From Octopus bimaculoides (taxonomy: Eukaryota): a stretch of 64,000 nucleotides of DNA. The position numbers were made by a program, and so were the translations under genes. The DNA is taken from NCBI RefSeq assembly GCF_001194135.2, contig NC_068982.1, positions 78,553,558-78,617,557 of the forward strand. The letters run 5' to 3'. Below, in pieces: positions 37,110 through 50,934 of the stretch (position 1 is its first letter; the number at the start of each line of letters is the position of its first letter). Under the pieces are notes generated by a model that ran no database searches, was not told the origin of the DNA, and saw nothing but the letters and a program-made list of their open reading frames with translations.

Positions 37110-37430
37110 TCAGCTGGATGTGCAAATGACAAAGTACAAGTGGGTTGAGTGGAAAAATGAGTGTAAGAGGAATCAGATGTTATGTGCAAAAGAGAAACTG
37201 CCTTGGTATAGTCATATGATATTTATAGATGAGGCTCCGTAAAGAGATGCCAGTCACTTATGTTAGCTGGAGTCTTTCAAAGAAGAGATCTGAGGAAAAA
37301 GTGGAATGAGGTGGTGAAGAATGATCTCAGGATGTTGAGCCTCAAGAGAAGATTACAAATGACCATTTATGATGGATGATATGTAGTGTTCAATAAAACC
37401 TGTCCAGCTATGCTAGTATGATAGAAGATT
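37110..37430 (+). mobile_element. RTE LINE 3' end
   Basis: Degenerate L.WY.H..., KKWNEVVKNDLRML; ends in 'tgtccagctatgctagtatg', resembling the (ATG)n-tailed SINE 3' end. Confidence 0.65.
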
Positions 37431-38229
37431 TGAAGGCATAATGTATATGCCCACAACTGAGGTTGTGGAAACATGTGTATGCACATTACGCACACTGCCG
37501 AGTCCTATATCAAATGTCCCTGTCAAGTGCATGACTGCCTTTTTCCCTTCTTTTACTCTCTATCTAGACAACAGGGTCCCACCCTCAAACCACTTCCTGT
37601 TAACAATCCATCCCTCATCCTCACCATTGCCACTCCCACACTTATATGTACCATCACTTTTATGATCATCCACTTTATTTTACTCCTCTTCACTCCCCCA
37701 CCCAATCTCTTGCAATCTTTAACCCTGTCCCTCATTTCTCTACCACTCAGTCTCTCCATCATTCCCTTGTCTACAGTATGATTTTTGCTGCTGTGAGTAA
37801 TGAAATTAGAAATTGTTACTACATACCATATCATATCATTTCTGAACTGCCAATCATCACTCCCACTCCTCTGAGTTGCTCTCAGTTGACATTTGTATAT
37901 CATTCTTATTATCTTCCCAATTCAAATTTACCATTGATCGACCCCATCTTTGTTCACCACTTGCTATATCCACCTCCTATATACCTCTGGCCACCTCCTC
38001 TCTGTTTATATCCACCTCTCACACTTCCCCATAAATAAAAGGCTCTACAAAGAAATGCATGTGGAGACACTCATAATCTACAAATAGAGGGTAAGTGACT
38101 CTTTTCATTCTCCTTCTCTCTGACTTACACTGCATTGCTCTGAACAGGCACATGGCCTAGGGTCACCTTGAAAACAAGATCACCTAATCAATGACCTCTG
38201 GTCACTAAGTTTAGATGTAATAGCTATCT

Positions 38230-41200
38230 GACCGACAAGCTTTCATGCTTATTTTTGGTGGAAATGAGATTTACTTATATTCATGTCAACTAGGAATGGT
38301 GGGTGGAACTGTGGTGTTGTTCCAGAGAGGTCTAGATCTGAAGATAAGAGCTATCTTCCTGGACCCATAAGGTAAGTTGGTGGTCCTGGATGTAAACAGT
38401 AGCAATGGGGGAGCCTTCAGACTGATGACTGTTTGTGCTCTGACAGGAGCAGGACAACCAGTTTTCTTCAAATGTGCTAATGGGTGACTGGAACACCATC
38501 TTGGATACATATTTGGATTATGGGCAGCTAGCTGTAAGAAGAGTGGGTGTACAAATGTCTCACAAACCAGCTCAAATATTTTCAACTGCCTGACAGGCAG
38601 TTGAAAATATACGCCTGACTTGATTTCCCAAATGTACCATGGATGAACTGCATCAGGTCATCTATGTTGTATCTACATAGTGTATTTTATAGACCAGTAG
38701 ATAAGGATAGTATAAGCTGTCCACTTTTTCAAATTGTTAGCTACGCAGACCACAAATTTGTGATCTGCACAGTCGACTTAGATTCCACAGGTAGGGACCT
38801 GGTTACTGGACACTGAATGCATCACTCCTGGCATGCTAAGCTTACAGAGACCAGATTAGCGAATTAGTTAAGCAGACATTGATGGGGCTAATCATAAACA
38901 ACAAATGGTGGTTTGCCCTGAAAAGGGCAATTAGAGTAGAATTGATTAGGTTTAGTAAGGTATTAGCAATAGAAAGAAATGGAGTAAAGGGGTAACTTAG
39001 AAACTTAGAAAAGGTGCTTAGGAAAAGTATTGCAATCAATGTACTGCAGTGATATTGGCCGTTGACTCATCCTCCAATGCTAAGTATGACAGATACATTG
39101 TCAGAGGTAAGATGTATGTTCTAAGAAACAAGGGAATGAAAGCCATTTGATGGACCCAAGTGGCAGAGGCACGATGTGATAACAAAGCCAGAATTCAGTC
39201 TTTGGTGGAACAAAATGGCCACATGGTACTTGAGCCCTAGATGATGTGTGTGGAATTTCAGCAGCACTTTGCCCAACTGTTTAAGACAAACGGCAGGCCA
39301 GAACACAGATGGACTTCAGATGGATGGTAAGTGGGTACAGAGCATTGCAAAATGTTGATAACAGCTGCAAAAATACAGAATGTGATGATGGGCTGCAAGT
39401 AAAGAAAATCACCTGGTTTGGATAGTCTGTCCTAAGTGCTTTACTTTTATGTGTCACCTCTTAACAGATATCGTCTACAAACAGCAGCAGAACAGGAGAA
39501 TTCCTAGTTCTGTGAGTTGAGGAGCAGTGGATCTACCAAGAAATGACTCAATAAAGAGGGATTAAATAGAAAATTTTAGGCCCATAATGCTGCTGAACAC
39601 AGATTTCAAAATAAGGTATTACAAAGAGATTGGCACTTGTCATGGAGGATCTGATTGGTGATGCCAAGCAAATCTATCCATGGCAACCTCCACCTCATGC
39701 TATATATCATAGATAGGGTGGGTAAGAAAACTGGTATGGATGAGGCCCTGATCAATTTGGATCAGTCTAAAGTTTTCTATAGGGTTGATCACCAATACTC
39801 GGTGGCCGTTTTCACAGCAGCAGGTTTCAGTCCTGTTTTCTGTAGATAGATTACTACAATGTATAGCGACATCTGCTTGGCAGTTCTGGTGAATGGCTAC
39901 TTATAAGGACTTTTCAGTATCATGTGCTTTGTCGGTCAAAGGAGTCCGCTGTTGTCTCTTCTGTATGTACTGACTCTAGAGCCACTGCTGCAGAGATGGG
40001 AGGTATTGAGAGGCATCTTGCATGAATTAAGACATAGGAGAACTGTGTTGTCATATGCAGATAACATCACTATCATAGTGTTGAACACCAAGCATATAGA
40101 TCTGGTCAGCACTGCTATAAAAGAATACAAGGTAGTGACAGGAGCAAAAATTAATCAAGAAAAGTCGGTGGGGTTGCAGCTCAGCGCCTGGAAAGGCAGG
40201 TCCAGGTTGTCTAATAATGTTGTGGAATGCTGGACAGAGGAACTGGTTAAATTGCTTGGGGTCTGGTTTCGTCTGAATCACCAGGTGGAGGAGAACTGGG
40301 ACAAGGTGATGAGCAGGGTTGCCAATCTCACCCAGAAGTGGGCAGGGAGAAATCTATCACTAAAAGATTGGGCAAAGGTAGTGAATGCTTTTATGGCTTC
40401 CATCATATATTACCACCTTACAATCATGCCTTGCTCCAGTTTATGGCAGACCAAACTGGAGCACACACATCTACTTTCTGTGGAAGGGATATGTTCCTCT
40501 GGTTAGGTGCACCATTTGCTGTCAACACTTGCTGAACGGTGAACTGTGCATGCCATGGCTGCTGATGCAAAGACATGTGCTAAGACTATGACATCTCCAG
40601 TATTTCCTTGATAGTGAGCAGGTGTGGTCACTGTTTGTCAGATGGAATTTTCCACAGCTTGTCTCTTTGACTGGGCTGCAGTCCTGGATCAAGAATAGAT
40701 CGAGGAAGGGCACCTGGCACCTAGAGTGCTGTCAGGTGCTCACAATTTTCTGTCAGTCAGGCAATGCAGTTGGTGGAAGCTTCACTCTGGCATTCTATAG
40801 AGGGTTAGTGGTGGGCAAGTACAATGATGTCCTCTGGGCATTAACGAGAATCAGCTGGCCGGTCAGTTTCAGAGGACTTTAGAGATGGGACTTATTGATA
40901 ATTTCCAGAAATCCTTGACCTGGCAGAGCAGCTTGGGTGCATGATCAGTTCAGAATAAACTCTGCCTGTAGAGACATGGAAGTGCTGTCAGCCAGGCTTG
41001 CCTGAGCTGTACACAGAATGACAAAACTGTCCTGCATGCTCTTGTCCAGTGCCTGAACATTGCTGACTTGTGAGTCTATATTGAACACCTGCTGTCATGT
41101 ATAGGATGGATCAGGCTCTTGGCTGAGTCTGTAGTGAAGATCACCCTGTTACCATCCTTTGGCCAGGAAGGGCTGAGAGCGTCTCTTTGCCTGGTGATCT

Positions 41201-41600
41201 TAGTGAAAGTGGTTAAGTGGGGTGGGGGGAGCAGATTAAAAGGGCTGAAGACAGATACGTTCCTCTTTGGACAATCCCTCATTAACATTTTAAGTTTTAC
41301 TTGAAAGGGAAAGTGAGGGTACAGAGGGAAGTGTCACCTCCCAGCAATCTTGTTAAAGGTTGGATGAATGTTGCAAGAATAACCTGAGCAGGCACCTATA
41401 TGATGAAGGAAGATGAAGTAGAGAGGGCACTTGCCCTCATGGTCAGGGTGAATGTGATTTTGTAGGGTCCTCATGAGCAGCCCTAGGAACTCACCCTCTT
41501 TTGAGGAATTATTCATTGTTATAATTTTATATTGTTACTGTGGTATTGAACCGGATATTTGTTGTAGCCCATCTTTTATATGAAAATAAAACAATGTACA
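38230..41600 (+). mobile_element. L1/Tx1-clade LINE ORF2 pseudogene (APE endonuclease plus RT)
   Basis: GGTVVLF..GKLVVLDV..FRL (EN); NFRPIMLLNTDFKI, LDQSK.F.RVDH, LSYADNI, VKLLGVWF (RT); many stops and frameshifts. Confidence 0.9.
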
Positions 41601-42276
41601 TGATAACACTTCCAATTAGTTAAGATCAGAAACCAAGAGAGCTATGAGAGCCACTGTCTGGTACTGCATCAGAGCATTTATTATCATCATCATCGTTATT
41701 ATTATTATTATTATTTGTGTAAAATTGTTTACAGGCATTGTATTTTTAAAAGATGAAGAAGCTGTTAACAATGCAGAGCTGGCAGAATATTAGAGCTCTG
41801 GAAAAAAAAGGCATTGTTATTTGTTCTGGCTTTTTATATTCTAAGTTCAAATCTTGCTGGATGAACATTATATATAAAATAAAATGAAGTACTAGTGAAA
41901 TATGGAGGTGGGGGTAAAAGGTTTCAACTAGGCATGCCCCTCTCTTCAAAATTATTGACTTTGTGCCTTCATCAAAGATTTTCTTACTGAAACTAAACGA
42001 CACTCATTTTAATCTATATTTTTCTATTTTCTTTTAGATTTTGAGTTCAAATTCTGTCAAGTTCAACTTTGCCTTTCATCTTTTCCAGCTTGATAAAATA
42101 AGACTGGGATCAATTCAACTCACTACTCCCACCCTTAATATGTGTGACTTTGAATCAATATTTGAAATCAATATGTAACATATTTACATCTCTTATTAAA
42201 AAGTGAACTGCTGCTGATAAATAACATGTTGATTGACCAGCTAACATTACATTACAAGTGTTTTGTTATGTATCAG

Positions 42277-42333
42277 CGAAGGACATTAAATCATATGTGT
42301 CTAATTATATGTACGAAAATGCTACAAGATCTG
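42277..42333 (+). CDS. Candidate coding exon
   Basis: Acceptor gttttgttatgtatcag, donor GTAATA; 57 nt; phase-1 frame KDIKSYVSNYMYENATRS (the phase-0 frame is also open). Confidence 0.35.
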
Positions 42334-42414
42334 GTAATATCACTATGACAGGCTAATGATCTGTCTGTGAGATTAATATTTCACCTACCAAACACTATGA
42401 ACTTAACCAAATAG

Positions 42415-42484
42415 ACTGTGCAGCCATATCAAGACAGTTGTGCTACACCTCTTGCAATTTACCCACTGCGTGTCAGAAACTACA
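42415..42484 (+). CDS. Candidate coding exon (Cys-rich)
   Basis: Weak acceptor, donor GTATGG; phase 1 to 2; CAAISRQLCYTSCNLPTACQKL; bridges the flanking candidates in frame. Confidence 0.25.
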
Positions 42485-42941
42485 GTATGGGCCTTAGTTA
42501 GGAGGAGATTGAGTAGAAATAGATGGATCAAGAGGTTACAAGTTGTTGTCTAGCCAACCATCTGTGTGCAATAAGACCGTTCAATCAGGACTGACCTGGG
42601 GCAAACCTATCCTAATACTAATCATTGGGAGAATCCAGCACTGCATCTCCCTCTAAAGTATACTTTCACTGTCAGTTTGTTAAAACATTTGTTGGTTTTA
42701 CCGGGCTACTACTGCTGCTTCAAGCTGAAAGCATTTAGCTTTACTGACTGGCAAGCAGACAGTACATGCTGAGCCATTAAATATTTAGATACCTGGTCCA
42801 TGTTAACACTAGGACCACATTGATAACTTTTCAACACTGGTATTCACCGACCAGTCAACTCATTCATTTGGGACATACATTAATGCACACACATACATGT
42901 GCATGCACACAAGCACACACACACACACACACACGCGCGCA

Positions 42942-42975
<34 letters not shown>

Positions 42976-43779
42976 TTATTAATTTTTAAAATGTATGTCA
43001 TTCTGTGCAACCAAAATCTTGTTTTTACAATTACTATTTTTTCAGATTATTAACCTTATCTTCAGAGACAAAATATATTTTAATATTTACATCAACATCT
43101 ATTTTATTACTCTGGTTTCATAAAACGATCAAAAAAGAATAAAATCTATGGAGCCAAGGTAGTCTGATGTTGATTATAATTGGTTACAAATTAAATCTTT
43201 TATTACAATCATAATCAAATTACATTAATCTATTCATCTCAATCTGAGAAACTAAAAATAGATACTGCCCTCAGGGTCATTCTAATGGTATTATAGGCCC
43301 TTGAGCTTAGCAATACAGTAGGACCTCCAACATATGCAACCACTGCATACATAGATTAGCATTGGAACCCTCTGAGGCCCATGGGGCTTCTGGGAAATTG
43401 TCTGATTGGCACATACCTTTAGATTGTGCTCACTGTTTGTATTTTCTTCAAAGCTGATTTTCTTCAAAGGACATCTAACAATAGAAGTATTTGGTTCAAA
43501 ATGCACTGAGACCTTCCCTGCTTGGATATAAAACCAACTTAAACCACCCCACAAAAGAAAAGGAAAATGCAAGAAAATTGATTAACTGTTTTGTTGCCAT
43601 ATTTCTGTTGAAGAACCACACTGCATTTTTCAATTAAATTTGGAAATAATGAAGAATTTTATCATTTTATAAATTTGTCATTATCAAACTGGTATTTTGA
43701 ATATGAATTGCCATGAAATTTTGGATAGGAAGCTTTCATTTAGATGATTTTAAAACATGAAGTGTACATCATCAAGCTA

Positions 43780-44400
43780 GGGGTGGTCTTTAGTGGAGTA
43801 AAGGAGATTCTCAATTATACAATACCACTGAAACTTACAATAATGAGCTCAACTAATTTATAGAATATATTTAGAGGAAGGTTGACATTGTTGATGAGAT
43901 CCTGTACAAACTTTATTGCGCTGGAGTAGCCTTTGGTCTTTTTGGGCATGAGTGTACAAGAAACAAATCTCAAAGACTGACTGTCTACATGTCTGTCTAC
44001 ATGTCTGTAATTGTCACAATCCCTTTCTATAGATTGAAACTATGGACAACCTGAAAACTTAGAACATTTTCATTATCAATGCCTTAGAAGCATTGAAATC
44101 AGCTGGGACAATGATTGAATGAAGATCAGTGAAGCTCAATGAAGCTAAAACAACCAATATTGAAGAAATTATCATCAAAAACTAATTGAGGTGTGGTGGT
44201 GGGTTGGGGGTTTCATCTCAGCTAAATGATTGGTAATCAGCTTCAAAAACATGCTTTCTATTACCAACTGAATGAAAGAAAGCACTCAAAAGGTCAGCTG
44301 AAGAAATACTTTAAGGATTAGTTAAAAGGGAATCTGAAGTTCTGAGACATTGTCAGGGTGAAATGAGAAGGAAGAACTGGTAAGAGACCATCTTAAGGAG
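43780..44400 (+). mobile_element. RTE LINE C-terminal fragment
   Basis: DEILYKL..AFG....; WTT; LEHFHYQCLR; YYQLNERKHSKGQLKKYFKD. Confidence 0.7.
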
Positions 44401-44798
44401 AGAAAACTACTTCATCAGGGAGCCAAACTCTTTGAAAATGAAAGAAATAAACCTTTTGAAGAAAAAAAAAGATTAAAAAAATTACTGCTGATATTGGTCT
44501 ACATCACAATTATAAGCCTACAAGGTCACTCACCTTCACATGGTGGTGTATAAACCATGTGTGGCCTATAATAGGTCAGTTGAATGGTAGAAATAAATTA
44601 TAGACGCTAATAATTTGAGGAAATAGAATAGTAAATGTTCTCTTGTGTGATCTCACAAATGTGATAACTCTAAGTGCATTGAGTCACATCTGAGAGACTA
44701 TTTCCTTTTTCTGTATCAAGTTGGTTCTTATAATGACCAAAACCAGACTTCTTTCTAGAACACTTGCAAGTTTATATTCATCTTATCAATTGATCCAG

Positions 44799-44900
44799 GC
44801 CTATAACAAGTTCGCAGCATTGCAATACTTATTTGTATTTTTCCCTTTCATACACCATCATAGCACTGCTTGGTCTTGGCTTTTCTTCTGTTTGGCACCA
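44799..44900 (+). CDS. Candidate coding exon (TM-like)
   Basis: Acceptor ttatcaattgatccag, donor GTGAGT; PITSSQHCNTYLYFSLSYTIIALLGLGFSSVWH (phase 2 to 2). An alternative longer phase-0 exon from 44721 is also open. Confidence 0.4.
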
Positions 44901-45059
44901 GTGAGTGGGGGTGATGAAAGACAAATCCCTTAGACTTAGTACAACAAGCAAACAAATATCCCAACAGTGTCTTGTTCTGTGACATATAACCACCATTGAC
45001 CATAAAATGCAGTGCTCATGATGGAGGACACATTGCTGACCCTTTAATTGGGTCTCTAA

Positions 45060-45365
45060 AGGTGCATGGCTCAGTGGTTAGAGTGTCAGGCTCACAGTCA
45101 TGAAGTAGTAAGTTTGATTCCTGGACTGGACTGTGTCTTGTGTTCTTGAGCAAGATACTTTATTTCATGTTGCTCCAGTTCACTCAGCTGTAGAAATGAG
45201 TTGCAGCGTCACTTATGCCCTTGGATAACATTGGTGGCACAGAGAGGGGAGGCTGGTATGCATGAGCAATTGTTGGTCTTCCATAAACAACCTTACCTGA
45301 ACTTGTGCCTCGGTGTGAAACTTTCTAGATGCAGTCCCATGGTCTCTCATGACCAAATGGGGGTC
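45060..45365 (+). mobile_element. SINE family D-related
   Basis: tggctcagtggttagagtg..gtttgattcc..cttgagcaagatact..gttgctccagttcactcagctg. Confidence 0.75.
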
Positions 45366-45399
45366 TGTAAGATTCTACTAACTTAGGTATCTGCAGTTC

Positions 45400-45640
45400 T
45401 CAGTTATTTTGTTTCAACATTTTACATGGAGATACTGAAAGCTCAAGTTCTACTGGGCTGGATATATTACAAGGTTCACAGATTAGAGGTAGGCCTGTAT
45501 AGTTGTCAAATGATATCCAAAAGATCAGAAGATATCACTCATAAGACATCCAAAACAATACTAAGATGACAGACAAACAATTCAGACTCAGCCAGTAAAG
45601 AAGGACACAATCAAGGAAAGAATGGAAGTGCATTGTGACC
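45400..45640 (+). mobile_element. RTE LINE C-terminal fragment
   Basis: ILKAQ..GW..; LYSCQMISKRS resembles the RTE LYG.L..GKRS region. Confidence 0.5.
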
Positions 45641-45664
45641 AGTGATGTAGAGAGGCATCTTTTA

Positions 45665-46070
45665 TCTGTTTATCTTTTACTTGTTTCAGTTATTGGTCTG
45701 TGACTAACATGGGGCACAGCCTTGAAGGGCTTAGTTGACCACAGCATTTATTTTTTTTAAGTTTGCTACTTATTTTATTGGTTTCTTTTGCTGAACTGCT
45801 AAGTTATGAGAATGTAAACAAACCAACACTAGTTGTCAAGTAGTGGTGGGGTACGAGCACAAACACAAAGAACCATACGCACACATGCGCACATGCACAC
45901 ACATACACACACACACAACTGGCTTCTTTCAGCTTCCATCTCTCAAATTCACTTATATGGCACTGGTTGGTCCTGGGGTTATTGTAGAAGACATTTACCC
46001 AAGGTGTAATACAGTGGGACTGAACATGAAACCACATGGTTACAAAGAAAGCTTCTTAACCATATAGCTT
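45665..46070 (-). mobile_element. SINE family A, diverged
   Basis: Reverse-complement tail cttttacttgtttcagt and head ..actgaacatgaaaccacatgg. Confidence 0.75.
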
Positions 46071-46074
46071 GATC

Positions 46075-46290
46075 TAAAGTGGTGAGCTGACAGAATCGTT
46101 AGCACACCGGGCAAAATGCTTAATGGCATTTTGTCTGTCTTTATGAACTGAGTTCAAATTTTGCTGGGGCTGACTTTGCCTTTCATCCTTTTGGGGTTGA
46201 TTAAAATAAGTACCAGTCAAACACTGGGGTTGAAGTAATTGACTAAACCCCTCCTCTGGAATTACTGACCTTGTGACAAAATTTAAAACC
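46075..46290 (+). mobile_element. SINE family B
   Basis: ggtgagctgacagaatcgttagcacaccgggcaaaatgc..gagttcaaatt..aagtaccagt. Confidence 0.8.
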
Positions 46291-46830
46291 TCATAGCCTG
46301 GTCTAAAAAAAACCCAACATGGAAATCACTATACTGTGTAATAAAATGATGGGAATACAACAGTACCAATCCCTTAAACCCTACAAAAAAATCCTATCTA
46401 TGTTAACATGGAAGGAAAACAGCTAGTAAAAGACAGGAAAGGGGTGGCGGCGTAAATATTTGAATTTCAGAATTATTTTAAACACTTTATCAGAAACTAT
46501 AATATTGTGACAACAGGTATAAAAGAAATATTTTGAGGTGAGCCAAATCATCATCATCAACAACAACATTTAATGTCCGTTTACCATCCTGGCATGGGTT
46601 GGATGGTTTGGCAGGAACTGACAAGGCCAGTGTCCACACTGGGCTCCATAGTGTCTGTTTTGGCTTGGTTTCTACAGCTGGGTGCCCTTTACAGAGTGTA
46701 CTGGGTGCTTTTTATGTGACACCATCACCTATATGTTTGTATTATGTGTGTGTGTATAAATATTAATATATACATATGAGCGTACACACACACATGCACA
46801 CACACATACATACATATACATACAGTTATA

Positions 46831-46901
<71 letters not shown>

Positions 46902-48307
46902 TTATACATATACATATCCATGTATTTGTAGGCATATGCACATGTATGGGCTGAGTTGGGGTGAGGGAATGAGAAACTAATTGAATTTTATTAGTATACA
47001 TACACGCGTACATATACATACACTAATATGAATACACACAAAAGAAAACAAAAAAAAAAACAGATGATATAAAATCATTTTCCAGCTATTTCTGGCAAGT
47101 AGTTTGCAATATTTGCTTATAAAGCTTTACTTTGACCAAAATGTCATGTTATAAGTAGTTTCTTGATGGCAAATCAATAATTTTCTCTTTCTTATCTCAT
47201 TTTTATTCCATTCATTTCTAATAATTGCCTGAGAGAGCCAATGAAATTTAAATATTATGGGCCTTATGATCATCCATATTTATATAAATCAACTATCAGA
47301 CCGGTGAGGTTAGCGGTTTTGTTTTGTTAGAAAATTTGTGTCTACCAGTTTCTAGTTTATTTGTTTGTCGTGTTTTCTTTTTATTATACACACACATGAA
47401 CACATACACACACACATGCATACACATACATGAACACACATATATATATCTGTGTGTGTGCATGTGTGTGTGTGTGTGTGTGTGAGTGTGTGTTCTGTAT
47501 ATGCATATATGTATGCATACATGATTCTAGTGAGATATATGTATATATAGATGTTTATATAAATTTGGGTCAGAATTTGTTGAGGCATATTGTCAATGGC
47601 CGGATGCCATTCCGGCTGCCAACCCTCATCTGTTTCCAAGTGAGGTAATAATTTTCCATGCCCAAACATGTTTTCATGGAAGACTGGAAATAAATGAAAC
47701 CTCTCACATGATGGTGACACTCAATTACAACCATCATGCAAAGTGAAGAAGATATGCATACACATAGATATGATGGGCTTCTTTCAGTTTCGATCTGCGA
47801 AATCCACTCATAGGTTTTTGCTTGGCTTGAGGCTATAATAGAAGACACTTGTCCAAGGTACCACGCAATGGGACTGAACCCAGAACCATATGGTTGGGAA
47901 GCAAGCTTCTTATCATACAGATACACCTGTGCCACACACACACATGTGCATACCTATTTATAGATAGATACACACACACGCACATATATGTATATATATN
48001 NNNNNNNNNNNNNNNNNNNNNNNNNNNNNNNNNNNNNNNNNNNNNNNNNNNNNNNNNNNNNNNNNNNNNNNNNNNNNNNNNNNNNNNNNNNNNNNNNNNN
48101 NNNNNNNNNNNNNNNNNNNNNNNNNNNNNNNNNNNNNNNNNNNNNNNNNNNNNNNNNNNNNNNNNNNNNNNNNNNNNNNNNNNNNNNNNNNNNNNNNNNN
48201 NNNNNNNNNNNNNNNNNNNNNNNNNNNNNNNNNNNNNNNNNNNNNNNNNNNNNNNNNNNNNNNNNNNNNNNNNNNNNNNNNNNNNNNNNNNNNNNNNNNN
48301 NNNNNNN

Positions 48308-48387
48308 ATAGCAGCTAAAAAAGCTGAGAATCCCACAGATGGCATCACTTGTGATAGTGTGGGGTTCTCAGCTTTTTTAGCTGCTAT
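48308..48387. repeat. 80 bp near-perfect palindrome
   Basis: ATAGCAGCTAAAAAAGCTGAGAA / TTCTCAGCTTTTTTAGCTGCTAT (23 bp perfect) plus an inner TCCCACA/TGTGGGG; abuts a gap. Confidence 0.85.
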
Positions 48388-48595
48388 TTCTGAACTTCGG
48401 TATATGGTGAAGCAAATATTTGCTGATCCCTTAATTTAATTATGATTTTATTCGACATATTCCCCTCTCAGATTCACACATTTATTGCAGCAGTCCTTCA
48501 GTTTTACTAAGCCCCGTAAAAGAACTCAGAAATTTGGGTCTCCATCCAGGACTTTCACACCACCCTTAAAGCTAGAAACTTTTTCAGCACCCCTT

Positions 48596-48626
<31 letters not shown>

Positions 48627-48844
48627 TACTTTCAGCTAATGAGGATATATTTAAGCAAAATCAAACATATAACCATGCATTATTGGAAGGTGGATATAAA
48701 AATAAGGTTTACTATATCCAGAATCATCAAAATAATAATAAAGTTCTAGAAAATGATAGAATTATAGCGATATTAAAAATTAATAAGTAGTATAAAAAAA
48801 TTAAAACTTAAATAGAAATAATAATAATAGTAATAATAATAATT

Positions 48845-50280
48845 TTGGATTATCAGATGTTCAGCACTTATTATGAAAAGAGGGAAGAAAGCATCCTGCA
48901 GAGGACTGCAGTTACCATCAGGAGAGACCACGGGTGAACCCAACAGTAGTGGGTATATACATTTAGGGATTTTGGAGCTGGACAACATTCCACACAGAGA
49001 AATGAAAATCAAGGTCAGTGAGACATATCAAAAAAAGGGTGAAGATGGTGTTGAAATCCAACCTGAATGCCAAAAATCTGATTACCGCAATGAATATCTG
49101 GGTAGTTGCGGTGGTCAGATATAGTGCGTCCATCCTCAAATGGACTAAGGAGAAAATATCAACACTTGATAGAGGGACGAGAAAGTTGATGACGCTGCAT
49201 GGGGCACTACACCCTAAACCAAACATAAACAGACTGTATATGAAAAGAAAGAATTGTGGCAGAGGACTAATTAGTATAGACCTTTGTATAAGGAGTGAAA
49301 GGAGAACGCTTGCTGAGTATTTGATAAATAGTGATGAAAACCTGCTGCAATATACCACAAAAGATGTGGGTGTAAATGCAGATGAAATGATGGACAAGGA
49401 AGAATTTAACCAAAAAGCTGAGGAGAAGAGAAAGAAGACCTTCTTGAAATGAGAATGCATGAACAACTTGAAAAGAATACACAGGACGTTAAGGATAATA
49501 CAGCATTGTGGGCATGGCTTGAGCGAGGTGAGTTGAAGCGTACCACCAAAAGCCTAATCATTGCTGCACAATACCAGGCTCTCGCTATCAATTCAGTGAA
49601 GTATAAAATCTATAAAACTTCTGACACCCAGAAATGCAGACTCTGTGGAAAGAGTGTGGAAAATGTGACCCACTTGGTAAATGGATGTGAGAGCCTTGCA
49701 CAAAAAGAATGCAAGTACCACCATGATAAAGTGTGTATATAACTTCAATGGCTTTTATGCCATAAATACCAATGTGACATAACAGAGAACTGATATGAGC
49801 ATGTATCAAATAAAGTTATGCAGGAAGACGGAAAAGTAATGACACTCTGGGACTATGATTTTCAGACGGATCATGTAATTGAACACCATTGGCTGGATAT
49901 TGCCATATTGAATAACAGACACAAATACTGTCAGATCATTGCTGTAACCATACCAAATGACATGAATGTTGTGAGTAAAGAGGTTGAAAAAAAATCACCA
50001 AGGACTCCGAATTGAAAGTGGAAATGGCATGAATATGGAATGTGAGAGGGTAATGTAAAATTGATACCAGTGGTGATCAGAGCGTTGGGTTCAATCCTAT
50101 TGAAACTTCAAGACTTCTTAAGGCAATTGGAAATCCCATGCAAGATTGCTGTCTTTCAAAAAGCAACCTTATTGGGCACAGCGCACATCTTAAGGAAAGT
50201 ATTATCTGTCTGAGGTCCTTGTTGTGACTTGATAGATGACTAAAGACTCCAGTGCTTTTTTACCTACACTGTGTTATGAA
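48845..50280 (+). mobile_element. R4/Dong-type LINE, 5'-truncated, between (TAA)n tracts
   Basis: IMKRGK; YIHLGILELD; GALHPKPNINRLYMKRKNCGRGLI; CRLCGKSVENVTHLVNGC; HHDKV; WDYDFQTDHVIEH; QKATLLGTAHILRKVL. Confidence 0.92.
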
Positions 50281-50327
50281 GGAATAATAATAATAATATT
50301 ATTATTATTATTAATAATAATAATAAC

Positions 50328-50359
<32 letters not shown>

Positions 50360-50856
50360 NNNNNNNNNNNNNNNNNNNNNNNNNNNNNNNNNNNNNNNNN
50401 NNNNNNNNNNNNNNNNNNNNNNNNNNNNNNNNNNNNNNNNNNNNNNNNNNNNNNNNNNNNNNNNNNNNNNNNNNNNNNNNNNNNNNNNNNNNNNNNNNNN
50501 NNNNNNNNNNNNNNNNNNNNNNNNNNNNNNNNNNNNNNNNNNNNNNNNNNNNNNNNNNNNNNNNNNNNNNNNNNNNNNNNNNNNNNNNNNNNNNNNNNNN
50601 NNNNNNNNNNNNNNNNNNNNNNNNNNNNNNNNNNNNNNNNNNNNNNNNNNNNNNNNNNNNNNNNNNNNNNNNNNNNNNNNNNNNNNNNNNNNNNNNNNNN
50701 NNNNNNNNNNNNNNNNNNNNNNNNNNNNNNNNNNNNNNNNNNNNNNNNNNNNNNNNNNNNNNNNNNNNNNNNNNNNNNNNNNNNNNNNNNNNNNNNNNNN
50801 NNNNNNNNNNNNNNNNNNNNNNNNNNNNNNNNNNNATAAAAATAAAACTACTGAAC

Positions 50857-50891
<35 letters not shown>

Positions 50892-50934
50892 TGACGACGA
50901 CGACGACGACGACAATAATAAAAACTACAAATTT

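Noticed and set aside
43875-44050. Open frame RKVDIVDEILYKLYCAGVAFGLF.. after an AG
   Set aside because: Part of a decayed RTE RT C-terminal region.
45404-45488. AG..GT-flanked open segment phase-compatible with exon 44799-44900
   Set aside because: The peptide and downstream sequence match the RTE LINE C-terminus (KAQ..W; LY...KRS), so it was treated as transposon-derived.
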